A DNA stretch of 64,000 bases from Candidatus Levyibacteriota bacterium (GCA_038254115.1 JBBSGK010000001.1:67778-131777), one strand, 5' to 3'. Shown: positions 39,552 to 49,346, numbered from the stretch's first letter. A program made the numbers and translations. Notes: generated by a model not told the origin, from the letters alone.

Positions 39552-42537
39552 CTTTCAAATTCAAGTTAATTATCTCCTCTCCTTTTAGTCCATTAATTTT
39601 TATGGTTGGTTCTTTGACTATTTTTCCAATTTGGGATATCGCGTTTCCTAGCATAGCTTTTTCAAATATTTTTTTATTGCTTGGCGCAATTGTCACTAAA
39701 ATTCTTCCCTGGCTTTCCGAGTATAGTGCAAAATCATTTCTGTTTACGCTGCCCGGTAAATTTTTCAAATAAATATCTGCCCCAAGCTGTCCACCTATTA
39801 TTTTTTTGGCAAGTGCAACAGCGAGTCCTCCGCGCCCAATGCTAATGCTTGATGCGATAAGTTTTTGCTGAATTGCATTATAGTAAGAAGCATATAATTT
39901 TTTATTTTTCTCGGCATCTACATCCGGCACGATACTTCCTGTTTGATTAATCATCGAAAAATATTCAGATCCACCTAATTCTTCGTGTGTTTCTCCCAAA
40001 ATGTAAATTATGTCTCCAGCAAATTTTGCATCAAGTGAAACGGTTTTTGTTATGTCATCAATCACACCAATTGATGAAATGAGAAGAGTGGGGGGGACTG
40101 AGATTTTGATAGGCAAGCCATTATTATCAAATCCTTTAAAGTCATTGAACATGCTATCTTTTCCTGAAATAAAAGGAGTGCCATATGATACTGCATAATC
40201 GTAGCAAGCTTTTGCGGTTTGTTTTAATTGCCATAAGCGTTCCGGTTCAAAGCTTTCGCACCAGCAAAAATTGTCCAAAAGCGCGATTATGTCAGGCTTG
40301 GCTCCTGCGGCAATAACATTTCTTACTGCGCTATCGATACAAACTGCACCCATTTTGTAAGGATCAATTTCAGAATAACTAGGATATAAAGCTTGGGACA
40401 TTACTACTCCCTTTTGGCTTTTTAAAATAGGTTTGATTACCGATGCATCAGCATTCACTCTGCCCCGCCCCTGAAGCGGCCCCAGGACTGCGTTACTTTG
40501 AACGATATTATCGTATTGTTGTGATATAAATTTAAAACTTGTTAGATTCATACGCGACAACATTGAAAGCAATATTTTTTTTTGATCTTTTGGTTCTGCA
40601 ATGCTTAATTCTTGCTTCTTAATGCTTAATTCTTTGGTTTCAAGTTGGCGCTTAGGAAGACCGTCGTGTAAAAACTCTAAATCAACATCCATTATTTTTT
40701 TACCGTTATAGTCGACAACACACCGGCCGCTTCTTGTAAATTCACCAATTATAGTTGCCTCAACACCCCGCCTCTTCATAAGATCTGAAAATTTCTTCCA
40801 GTTATTTTTGGGAATGGCAAGTGTCATACGCTCCTGGGATTCCGAGATCCAAATTTCCCAGGGATCAAGGCCTGCATACTTAAGTGGTACTTTTTCAAGA
40901 TCTACAATGCAGCCGCCTGATTCTTTTGCCATTTCCGAAACTGAGCAGGAAAGTCCGCCGGCTCCATCGTCTGTGATGCTGTTGTACAGCAACTGATCAC
41001 GCGCTTCTTTTATGATAGCATCACTCATTTTTTTCTGAGTAATCGGATCACCAATTTGTACTGCAGCAGCAGGGCTTCCACTGTCTAGCCCAACTGATGA
41101 AAAAGTAGCTCCGTGAATTCCATCCTTACCGACTCGCCCCCCGGTCATTACTATCAAGTCGCCAGGTAGGGATTTTTTAATGTGTGATAATTTGCCTTTA
41201 ATTTTTTTCGGGATTAGTCCGATTGTACCGGCAAACACCAAAGGTTTACCCCTATAACGCTCATCAAAGTATATAAATCCCTGAGGTGTCGGAATTCCTG
41301 ATTGATTCCCTCCTGCATTTACACCGTCTATTACTCCGTCCATTATCCTCCTGCTGGAGAGTATTGGATTTTTGAGGTCTTTATCACGATATAAAATTAT
41401 TTCATCCGATGGATCTCCTGCCCGCAACGCTCTCGCTTGCGAGGCGGGCGGGGCGAGACAAAACCCGTAAAAATTGGCAATAGGTTTGGCACCTAGACCA
41501 AATCCGATCGTATCGCGGTTAACGCCTACAATCCCGGTTATGGATCCCCCATATGGGTCAAGAGCTGATGGGCTATTATGTGTTTCTACTTTGTGAGTTA
41601 TTAAATAATTATCATCAAAAACAATTGCTCCTGAGTTATCTGTAAAAACAGAAACACAGAAATCCTTTTTGCCTTTCTTTTTTCTAATCTCTTCCGTTGC
41701 CCGCTTAATATAAGTTTTGTAAAGCCCGCCTTTTATTTTATCAATTGGTCCTCCAAAAATTGTATGCTTGCAATGTTCAGACCATGTCTGGGCAATTGAC
41801 TCCAGCTCAATATCAGTGGGATTACGTCCTAGCTTTTTAAAATATTTTTGAATTGCTTTCATAAATAGAAGATCAAGAGCAAGAGGACCACGCCGGGTCT
41901 CATCAGAATTTAAAATTCCAGATTTTCCAATTTTTATCAACTCCTCGTCTGATATATTGAGATTAACATCTGTTACTTGAGGTTTTTTAATAAGTTTTAC
42001 TTTGGAAGTAACGATATCCATCCCTCCGTCTTTAATAAACTGCCCGCAGCTTTTTATAAGTGTTCTCTGAATTAGAGGATTATGAAGACTTAGTGCGATT
42101 TGTTCTGCATCCGCTTTTGAAATTTTTCCATTAATGAATGTGACTTGGGAAGTGTAAACATCTTCATCGTTTGAAAATTTTATTTTCAAAGTGTCTTCAA
42201 TTATTTCTTTCGCAGTGTGCGCTATGTTATCGGTCACTCCCGGAAGAAATCCAATTTCTATTGCAAAACTAAACTGGTTTTCTAGTTTTGCCTTTTTGTT
42301 TTTTGTTCGAAATATAAAATTCTGAGTGACAGGATTGGATAATGCTTGTGCAATTGATTCGAGATGTTTTTCTGAAAATGATTTGTCAACAGTATATACA
42401 TCGATTATCCAAAGATCTGAAATATTTTTAAAGCCAAAACCATTTAGCTTTTTTTGCCGAGTTTGCGCTCTTGCATCAAAATCTTTTACTATAATTCCTA
42501 TCCTTGTTGTCATATCTTTCCAATGTCCAATCTGCAT
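39511..42537 (-). CDS. purL: FGAM synthase, large (E. coli-type) N-domain plus synthetase domains but without a glutaminase domain
   Basis: Two PurM-like repeats with glycine-rich motifs. Length 1008 aa. Confidence 0.9.
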   Translation of the reverse strand: MQIGHWKDMTTRIGIIVKDFDARAQTRQKKLNGFGFKNISDLWIIDVYTVDKSFSEKHLESIAQALSNPVTQNFIFRTKNKKAKLENQFSFAIEIGFLPGVTDNIAHTAKEIIEDTLKIKFSNDEDVYTSQVTFINGKISKADAEQIALSLHNPLIQRTLIKSCGQFIKDGGMDIVTSKVKLIKKPQVTDVNLNISDEELIKIGKSGILNSDETRRGPLALDLLFMKAIQKYFKKLGRNPTDIELESIAQTWSEHCKHTIFGGPIDKIKGGLYKTYIKRATEEIRKKKGKKDFCVSVFTDNSGAIVFDDNYLITHKVETHNSPSALDPYGGSITGIVGVNRDTIGFGLGAKPIANFYGFCLAPPASQARALRAGDPSDEIILYRDKDLKNPILSSRRIMDGVIDGVNAGGNQSGIPTPQGFIYFDERYRGKPLVFAGTIGLIPKKIKGKLSHIKKSLPGDLIVMTGGRVGKDGIHGATFSSVGLDSGSPAAAVQIGDPITQKKMSDAIIKEARDQLLYNSITDDGAGGLSCSVSEMAKESGGCIVDLEKVPLKYAGLDPWEIWISESQERMTLAIPKNNWKKFSDLMKRRGVEATIIGEFTRSGRCVVDYNGKKIMDVDLEFLHDGLPKRQLETKELSIKKQELSIAEPKDQKKILLSMLSRMNLTSFKFISQQYDNIVQSNAVLGPLQGRGRVNADASVIKPILKSQKGVVMSQALYPSYSEIDPYKMGAVCIDSAVRNVIAAGAKPDIIALLDNFCWCESFEPERLWQLKQTAKACYDYAVSYGTPFISGKDSMFNDFKGFDNNGLPIKISVPPTLLISSIGVIDDITKTVSLDAKFAGDIIYILGETHEELGGSEYFSMINQTGSIVPDVDAEKNKKLYASYYNAIQQKLIASSISIGRGGLAVALAKKIIGGQLGADIYLKNLPGSVNRNDFALYSESQGRILVTIAPSNKKIFEKAMLGNAISQIGKIVKEPTIKINGLKGEEIINLNLKDATNAYRKTFADY

Positions 42538-43784
42538 TGCATGCCTTCAAAATGAATTCCATTTTTTCCAATTGCAGAATAAGCTTTTTTCAGTGCCTCA
42601 TTAAGTGTTTTACCTATTGCAGTTATACCAAGAACGCGACCCCCGTTTGTCAAAATTTTTCCATTTGCTTTTTTTGTTGCGAAGTGAAAAACAAAAATAT
42701 CTTCGTTTTTAATATTATTTAATCCATGAATTTCAATATTTTTTTTGTAACTTCCCGGGTATCCTGGGGATGCAAGGATGATGCAGCATGCAGATTGTTT
42801 AGCCCACTTTATATTTAACTCAGATAAATTTCCTTCTACGCAGGCAACTAGAATATCATAGAAATCTGTTTGCAGAAGTCTCATGTACGATTCCATTTCA
42901 GGATCTCCAAATCTTGAATTAAATTCAATTACTTTGGGTCCATCTTTTGTCATCATGAGTCCGGGATAAAGACAACCTACAAATGGTATGCCTTTTTTCT
43001 TAAGCCCGTTTAATGCCGGCTCAACAATTTTTTTCTTTATAGTTTCCAGATCATTTTTTGTAATATCCGGAACCGGTGCGATGGTTCCCATACCGCCTGT
43101 ATTTGGTCCGAGGTTTCCATCATGGATTGGTTTGTGATCACGTGATGCGGGCCATATTGAAAAAATATTTCCATCTGAAAAAACATGAATTGATATCTCT
43201 TTGCCTTGTAGAAATTCCTCTATCACCACTTCGTTCCCGGCTTCTCCAAATATCTTTTTTACCATAAGTTCATTAATTGTCCCCAAGGCTTGGTCTAAAC
43301 TCCGGGCAATTATTACCCCTTTTCCTAGCGCTAAACCCGATGCTTTGATAACTACGGGAAATGTGTGGTTTTTGAGATATGTCTTTGCATCAGCGGCATT
43401 TTTAAAAGTTGAAAATTTTGCAGTTGGAATTTTTTCATCTTTCATTAAATCTTTGGCAAATGATTTTGACCATTCTATCTTTGCCGCTTCTTTTGTGGGG
43501 CCAAAAATCTTTAATCGTTTTTTCTGAAACGCATTTACAATCCCGGCGGCAAGTATATCATCAGGTCCTGCAATGGTTAGAGCAATTTTATTTGTTATCG
43601 CAAATTTAATTAGTCTATCAAAATCGAGCGGATTAATACTTGTATTCTCACCAACAGTTTCCGTTCCTGCAGTGCCAGGGGAAAAGTAAATTTTCCCAAC
43701 TTTTGGAGATTGCTTCAATTTCCATCCCAACGCATGCTCCCGCCCGCCTGAACCGATAATTAAAACATTATTTTTTTTCACCAA
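42510..43784 (-). CDS. purD: Phosphoribosylamine--glycine ligase
   Basis: VLIIGSGGREHALGWKL. Confidence 0.9.
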   Translation of the reverse strand: MVKKNNVLIIGSGGREHALGWKLKQSPKVGKIYFSPGTAGTETVGENTSINPLDFDRLIKFAITNKIALTIAGPDDILAAGIVNAFQKKRLKIFGPTKEAAKIEWSKSFAKDLMKDEKIPTAKFSTFKNAADAKTYLKNHTFPVVIKASGLALGKGVIIARSLDQALGTINELMVKKIFGEAGNEVVIEEFLQGKEISIHVFSDGNIFSIWPASRDHKPIHDGNLGPNTGGMGTIAPVPDITKNDLETIKKKIVEPALNGLKKKGIPFVGCLYPGLMMTKDGPKVIEFNSRFGDPEMESYMRLLQTDFYDILVACVEGNLSELNIKWAKQSACCIILASPGYPGSYKKNIEIHGLNNIKNEDIFVFHFATKKANGKILTNGGRVLGITAIGKTLNEALKKAYSAIGKNGIHFEGMQCRLDIGKI

Positions 43785-45904
43785 ATAAATTCTCCTTTGC
43801 TGATATCAATACCATTTTTTATTACATGAAGAACTCGCTTTATTGCAGTTGGTAGAATTACATGTTCAGTTTCATGTATTTTTTTCTCCCATGATTCAAA
43901 TGTATCTTCAGGTCTTCTTCTTATCTCAGATTTCATAATAATTGGTCCCATGTCAAAGTGATTGCCTGCAACTATCTGATGAATTGTTATTCCTGAAACC
44001 GGCCACTCTTTTTCGAACGGAGGTTTAATTACTTGCATGCCCCATCCTCTAAGGACCGGAATTCTACCACGTGATGTTTGAACTGTTTCATCAAATTCTT
44101 TTGTAATTAGTGCGGGATGTAAGTTGATTGCACCAATTTGCATTTGTTGTATTTTTTCCCAAAATGGTTCTCCCAATATCATTGACCAGCCTGCTAATAC
44201 AATTAGATCAGGACGGTTTTTTTCTACATAATCAATTAATTTTATCTCATAATTTTCTCTTCCCAATTTATCAGATAATTTTCCTTCGTAAGGAATTACA
44301 ACCGACGGGATTTTATGTTTTTTTGCCCGGACCAGCCCATAAGCATCTTTTTTATTGGATACAACGCTAATTTTTGCATCAATATTCCCATTTTCTACCT
44401 GGTCAATTATTGCTTGCAAGTTTGTGCCGCCACCGGAAATGAACACTGCAATTTTTGGCTTTCCTGTTATTTTTTTATTTAATTTTGGAAGAGGTTTTTG
44501 TTTATCCCTGATTGGATGCGGACCGCCAAACGGGGCATAGTAAAAGTCTTCTTTCACGCCACCCATTGCTTCGGCAGTTTGTTCGATCGGTAGGTATATA
44601 ACTTTGTCCGCTTTTATGAGTTCTGCGATATTTTTTTCTATTCTATCAAACGGTTCTTTTTCAAATAGCGCAGCAGGCAATTCTTTCTTCGATCTCATGT
44701 CAATTCCCATATCGCACTGATCTACAACAGGAGGTGAGGCAAATGCCATATATATTTCTGTTGCTCCTGCTTTTTTGAGCTCCCTAGCCAAAATTTTACT
44801 TGTTGTAAGTCTTACCGCAGAGTCATCTACAACAACAACTTTTTTGCCTATCACCTCATCGGGAACTACGTTATGTTTGTGTCCGACAGCTGCCTCTCTT
44901 TTTTTCTGACCTGGTTGTATAAAGGTGCGCCCAATATAATGACTTGTCATGATTGCATCAACAAGTGGAAGTCCCAATGCCTTTGAAACTCCTTTTGCTG
45001 CAGGGTATCCAGAATCAAATACAGGAACTACAATATCAGGTTTAATATTTTTTTGTTTGATCCTCCGAGCCAAAAATGTTCCACTTCTTTCACGTCCAGC
45101 CTTAACCCGCCTTCCGTTAATAAAACTGTCTGGTCTTGTAAAATAAATATATTCAAGTATACAGAATTGGTGACGTTTGGGAACTCCGAAAAAGTAGGAA
45201 TTCAGTGATCCATCTTTACTTATTTTTATTATCTCACCGGGCGCAACATCGCGGACAAAATCAGCGCCCGTTGTATCTATGGATACGGATTCTGATGCGA
45301 TAATCCAGCCCTTGGGTAGTTTGCCAAGGCAAAGCGGGCGGATGCCAAAAGGGTCACGTACAGCGAAAATTGATCCATCTTCTGTCAGAATAGTCAAATT
45401 ATATGCCCCTTCAAAAAAGGGAAGGGTGTGCACAAGAGTTTCCTCCCAGCTATTAAAAGATTTGCGTTCTTTTATAAGAAGTTTGGCCATAAGCGTTGTA
45501 TCGCTGTTCGCTTTTTCGTGTCCTCCCAAATGCTTTTTAAGATTCGATACATCAGGAATGTTTCCGTTGTGGCCTATGCTTATTTGATATTTGTCATTTG
45601 TTATATCCAATGGTTGGGCATTTGAAAATGAGGATTCGCCGGAAGTTCCATAGCGGTTTTGTCCGATCACGGATTGGCTTTTACCCAAATTTTGAATAAT
45701 AGTATCAGTAAGCACATGAGGAACAAGCCCCATGCCTTTATATGTAACAATTTTATTTTTTGGAGTATAAACAGAGAGGCCTGCACTTTCAAGTCCGCGG
45801 TGCTGGAGAGCTGCTAGGGCTAGGCGTGCAAGGTATGGCGCATGACCGTTTGCATCCCATACTGCAATTACACCGCATTTCTCTCTTAAATCAATATTAC
45901 TCAT
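43778..45904 (-). CDS. Fusion protein: amidophosphoribosyltransferase (PurF, N-terminal) plus phosphoribosylglycinamide formyltransferase (PurN, C-terminal)
   Basis: N-terminus M-SNIDLREK-CGVIAV carries the Ntn Cys with a propeptide, followed by PRTase motifs. The C-terminus KIAVFISGGGTNLQAIID...NLHPAL is collinear with E. coli PurN. Confidence 0.85.
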   Translation of the reverse strand: MSNIDLREKCGVIAVWDANGHAPYLARLALAALQHRGLESAGLSVYTPKNKIVTYKGMGLVPHVLTDTIIQNLGKSQSVIGQNRYGTSGESSFSNAQPLDITNDKYQISIGHNGNIPDVSNLKKHLGGHEKANSDTTLMAKLLIKERKSFNSWEETLVHTLPFFEGAYNLTILTEDGSIFAVRDPFGIRPLCLGKLPKGWIIASESVSIDTTGADFVRDVAPGEIIKISKDGSLNSYFFGVPKRHQFCILEYIYFTRPDSFINGRRVKAGRERSGTFLARRIKQKNIKPDIVVPVFDSGYPAAKGVSKALGLPLVDAIMTSHYIGRTFIQPGQKKREAAVGHKHNVVPDEVIGKKVVVVDDSAVRLTTSKILARELKKAGATEIYMAFASPPVVDQCDMGIDMRSKKELPAALFEKEPFDRIEKNIAELIKADKVIYLPIEQTAEAMGGVKEDFYYAPFGGPHPIRDKQKPLPKLNKKITGKPKIAVFISGGGTNLQAIIDQVENGNIDAKISVVSNKKDAYGLVRAKKHKIPSVVIPYEGKLSDKLGRENYEIKLIDYVEKNRPDLIVLAGWSMILGEPFWEKIQQMQIGAINLHPALITKEFDETVQTSRGRIPVLRGWGMQVIKPPFEKEWPVSGITIHQIVAGNHFDMGPIIMKSEIRRRPEDTFESWEKKIHETEHVILPTAIKRVLHVIKNGIDISKGEFIW

Positions 45905-45916
45905 AATTAAAAGAAC

Positions 45917-45939
45917 AAAAAAACCCGCTCGTTAGCGGG
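45917..45939 (-). terminator. Intrinsic-terminator-like hairpin followed by a T7 run in the purF 5' leader, 12 nt upstream of the start codon
   Basis: On the minus strand: CCCGCU-aacg-AGCGGG followed by TTTTTTT. No convergent gene exists for it to terminate. Confidence 0.5.
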
Positions 45940-46093
45940 GTTATGTTTTTATGCTTCGGCACTGAGCATTCTAATTTAATTATAATATATCTCTTTTGTT
46001 GTTTCAATAGGATTTTTGCTACCTCCATATGGTATTATAGCACAATTACTCATAAATTACATTAAATTGGGCCCGATATGTTAAAATCAGTCC

Positions 46094-47095
46094 ATGGATA
46101 ACATAAGGGAAAGGGCTGAAAAATTGATTGAAAAAGTAGACGCTGAAAGTAAGCGGGAAAAGATAAGAGAGCTCGAGGGGGAGAGTTCAAAGCCCAATTT
46201 TTGGCAAGATCATCAAAAGGCAGCCCTTGTAATGAAAGAGCTGTCGGATCTCCAGAAAGAGCTTGAGGACATAGAGCTCTTGCAAATGTATGTGAGTGAG
46301 GGGGAGGATGAAGAGGCAGCTAAGCTCCTAAAGAAATTAGAACTGTTGTTATTTTTTGGCGGAGTAAATGATCAGGCGAATGCTATTATGGGTATTCACT
46401 CAGGGCAAGGAGGAGTTGAGGCAATGGACTGGGCAGAGATGCTTTTTAGAATGTACACCAGATTTTTTGAGAAAAAGGGATGGAAATATGAGATTTTGGA
46501 TCAGACGCAGGGTGAGGAAGCAGGGATAAAAAGTATAACAATTGCAGTGAGCGGTAAATATGCATTTGGATACCTCAAACATGAAGGAGGCGCGCACCGA
46601 TTGGTACGGCAATCGCCTTTTAACGCAGATAAGCTCCGTCAAACCTCTTTTGCACTTGTTGAAATTTTGCCTGAAGTTGCAAAAGAAGTGCTGGATCTTA
46701 AAGATGATGACATAGAATTTGAAGCATTCCGATCAGGAGGACATGGCGGACAAAATGTAAATAAGGTTTCAACGGCAGTCCGCATCAAACACAAGCCAAC
46801 GGGAATCGCAGTTACCGCCTCAGTTGAGCGCTCCCAAATCCAAAACCGGGAATTTGCAATGAAGCTTCTCCGTGCAAAGTTGTGGGCGATTCAGGAAGAG
46901 GAAAGAAAGAAAAAAGAAGCGGAATTAAAGGGCGGTTACAAAACGCCCGGCTGGGGGAATCAGATCCGGTCATATGTCCTGCACCCTTATAAAATGGTAA
47001 AGGATTTGCGGACTGGTGTTGAGACAGGTAATACGGATGCTGTTTTGGATGGAGATTTGGATATGTTTATTGAAGAAGAGCTTCGGGTTTTATAA
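46094..47095 (+). CDS. prfB: Peptide chain release factor 2 (single ORF, no programmed frameshift)
   Basis: SPF motif (VRQSPFNAD) and GGQ motif ([11 protein letters not shown]). Confidence 0.9.
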   Translation: MDNIRERAEKLIEKVDAESKREKIRELEGESSKPNFWQDHQKAALVMKELSDLQKELEDIELLQMYVSEGEDEEAAKLLKKLELLLFFGGVNDQANAIMGIHSGQGGVEAMDWAEMLFRMYTRFFEKKGWKYEILDQTQGEEAGIKSITIAVSGKYAFGYLKHEGGAHRLVRQSPFNADKLRQTSFALVEILPEVAKEVLDLKDDDIEFEAFRSGGHGGQNVNKVSTAVRIKHKPTGIAVTASVERSQIQNREFAMKLLRAKLWAIQEEERKKKEAELKGGYKTPGWGNQIRSYVLHPYKMVKDLRTGVETGNTDAVLDGDLDMFIEEELRVL

Positions 47096-47197
47096 TTGCA
47101 TATAGTTTTTTCTTACGCGACCTTTACTCCGTCCTAGTATATATCTTAATGTTACCTGATTAAATGGATTATCAACGGGAAAGGAGGTGGATAATCT

Positions 47198-47479
47198 ATG
47201 GCAAAAAGAACAAGCCGGGGACTAGGTTCAAGTAAAATTGATCCTCAAAAAAAACGTGATATTCAAAGTAAGGGTGGACAGGTGAGTTCCATGCAGCAGG
47301 ACATGAGCGCATTGGGTCAAAAAGGCGGACAGGCAGCGCAAAGAAGCGGTCACGCGCATAAGCTGACTAATGCCGAAAGAAGCCGAGGTGGGCAGAAAAG
47401 CTCAGTATCTTTTACAAATATTTCAAGAGATGAATTAGCGGAAGGAGATAGCATGCGAAGTGACAGTAGGCAGTTGTGA
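47198..47479 (+). CDS. KGG-repeat stress-induced protein (YciG/GsiB-like)
   Basis: Repeated SKGGQ, QKGGQ and SRGGQ motifs. A strong Shine-Dalgarno GGAAAGGAGG lies 7 nt upstream of the start. Confidence 0.7.
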   Translation: MAKRTSRGLGSSKIDPQKKRDIQSKGGQVSSMQQDMSALGQKGGQAAQRSGHAHKLTNAERSRGGQKSSVSFTNISRDELAEGDSMRSDSRQL

Positions 47480-47549
47480 TTTTTTAGAACAAAAAGTTTT
47501 GGGTTATTTGTGACAGACAGTTGCGGGCTATCTGTTTGAAGTTATTTAG

Positions 47550-48086
47550 TTATATTTTTATTTGAGGTTCCATAGAAATTAGACTCTCAGTAAATATAGG
47601 TTTATAATCATCCACCTTAACATCTTGCAAAATTTCCGTAAGCAGCGTGGTGCTTTTGTATAAAGCAAGATCTATTAGCTCTTTATCCTCATGTCCGGTA
47701 TCGATTTCTATCCGGAAAACCCCCCGCGGATCTTTATTCCAATTCCAGCTGGTCAGTCCATTATAGATGTGGTTTTTAGACTCCTGGTTGTATTTTAGTT
47801 CGCTTAAGTTCTCAAGGATTATATGTTCAAAAAGATGTCCTATTTCAGTATTTAGAACTTCTTTTGAAAATTTGTAATCATTACCATTAAAACATTTGGA
47901 GCACATGATACTTGGCAATTGTTTTTTTAGTAAATAGGAAGTCCCCGGTAAATTTTCAGTAGTAAGTATTGATACCAGCATTTCCATGCGGATTTTAGTA
48001 GATTTTGCTCTTGTCACTACATCAAGAGTGAACAAGTCGTTTTTATATAAAACAGGCTGTTTAACCTGCGCAGTGATTATAGACAT
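47550..48086 (-). CDS. Hypothetical protein
   Basis: ORF only. Confidence 0.4.
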   Translation of the reverse strand: MSIITAQVKQPVLYKNDLFTLDVVTRAKSTKIRMEMLVSILTTENLPGTSYLLKKQLPSIMCSKCFNGNDYKFSKEVLNTEIGHLFEHIILENLSELKYNQESKNHIYNGLTSWNWNKDPRGVFRIEIDTGHEDKELIDLALYKSTTLLTEILQDVKVDDYKPIFTESLISMEPQIKI

Positions 48087-48168
48087 AGATAAATTCTTTC
48101 CGTTTTATTACGGGTTACATAGATAATACACAGAATTAAAATAACTTTGCAAACATATGAAGCGGCAA

Positions 48169-48618
48169 TTAGAAGATTTTTTTAAAATGATAGCCTTCAT
48201 TTTTATATCCCAAAGATTCATAAAATTCATGAGCTGCTGTACGGTCATAAACTGATTCGATAAACATGTTTAAGCAATCAAGCGCTTTAGCTTTTTCCTC
48301 AACAGCTTCCATAAGTTTTTTTCCAATTCCATGTTTTCTATATTCTTCTATAATAAATAATTCATCCAGTTCTGCGATCGGTTTGGGATATCTTATAACC
48401 AGCCTTATGGAAAATGTGGTAAAGCCTACTAATTTATTATTTTCTTCAGCCACAAATACGAAATTATTGGAGCTATCCAATACTTTTTCAAATGAATCAT
48501 TATTTTTTGTGGAAAATCTTTTCTTTCCTACAAATAAATTATAGAGATTAATTAGTTCTTCGTAGTCGGATAATTTTGCCAGCCTTATTTTCATTTTCCC
48601 CCTCCGCCTTTTTTCCAT
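48169..48618 (-). CDS. GNAT family N-acetyltransferase
   Basis: ELFIIEEYRKHGIGKKLMEAVEEKA is the acetyl-CoA-binding motif A. Confidence 0.8.
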   Translation of the reverse strand: MEKRRRGKMKIRLAKLSDYEELINLYNLFVGKKRFSTKNNDSFEKVLDSSNNFVFVAEENNKLVGFTTFSIRLVIRYPKPIAELDELFIIEEYRKHGIGKKLMEAVEEKAKALDCLNMFIESVYDRTAAHEFYESLGYKNEGYHFKKIF

Positions 48619-49346
48619 TCAACTGAGGTCAGGAGTTTGCCATATAAGTCTTTTTCGATCGGAAATATTACTGCATTCAATTCATCCGGTGTAGGGATTC
48701 TATCCTGAAACTTTACAAAAGATAAATCAGTAAGGATAGCAAGAGGAGTTTGTTCGTTTGTTTCGCCAATTACAACCACAGCTGATACGGCGAGGGATTC
48801 GATCACACTCACCTGAGTAAACATTATTTGTCTTCCGAAGATATCATTTTTGCCGACAAAGCTATTGATCGCTTCAAACCCGCACCAGCTGAGGCAACTG
48901 CCAATAACGCCTGTCCTGACAGGAATAATTCCACTGTCTGTTACAATTACGCCAAGATTTTTTATATTACGTTTTTCTCTTAGATACTGCCATATTTTAT
49001 CCGTAATCTCCTGCAGATTTTTTGGCCATAAAACATACCCTTCGTCTGTATTGGATTCGTCAATTCCGGCAGTGAATACAATAAGTCCGTTCTTGCGCGT
49101 GAGAAAGATTTTTCCATACTCAGAATCTTTATCATTCTCTATGTAATAGTCGGATTCTTTTTTTATAAGTTCCTCCTTTGTTATGGCTCCATCGTTTTTG
49201 ACAATATCCCCCTGGGTAATACTTACAATTTTTGAGGTAATAGCAACTACTGAATTTTCATTAAGAGGCGGTAGATATTTATCGAGAATTTTATAAAGAT
49301 CCTCACCGGCTTTTATTTTGTGGGTTTTGTAGGATCTGACTATCAT
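48591..49346 (-). CDS. CofE-like (F420-0:gamma-glutamyl ligase family) protein
   Basis: VVAITSKIVSITQGDIV...GIDESN...GVIVTDS matches the PF01996 pattern. The start is set at the internal Met (MIVRSY); the ORF track's upstream extension to 49550 looks non-coding. Confidence 0.55.
   Translation of the reverse strand: MIVRSYKTHKIKAGEDLYKILDKYLPPLNENSVVAITSKIVSITQGDIVKNDGAITKEELIKKESDYYIENDKDSEYGKIFLTRKNGLIVFTAGIDESNTDEGYVLWPKNLQEITDKIWQYLREKRNIKNLGVIVTDSGIIPVRTGVIGSCLSWCGFEAINSFVGKNDIFGRQIMFTQVSVIESLAVSAVVVIGETNEQTPLAILTDLSFVKFQDRIPTPDELNAVIFPIEKDLYGKLLTSVEWKKGGGGK

Noticed and set aside
46017-46042. UAUAAUACCAUAUGG in the purF leader resembling purine-riboswitch J1-2 and L2 sequences
   Set aside because: P2 would be only 3 bp and CCATATGG is self-palindromic. 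There is no GUUUCUACC J2-3 element or P3/L3.
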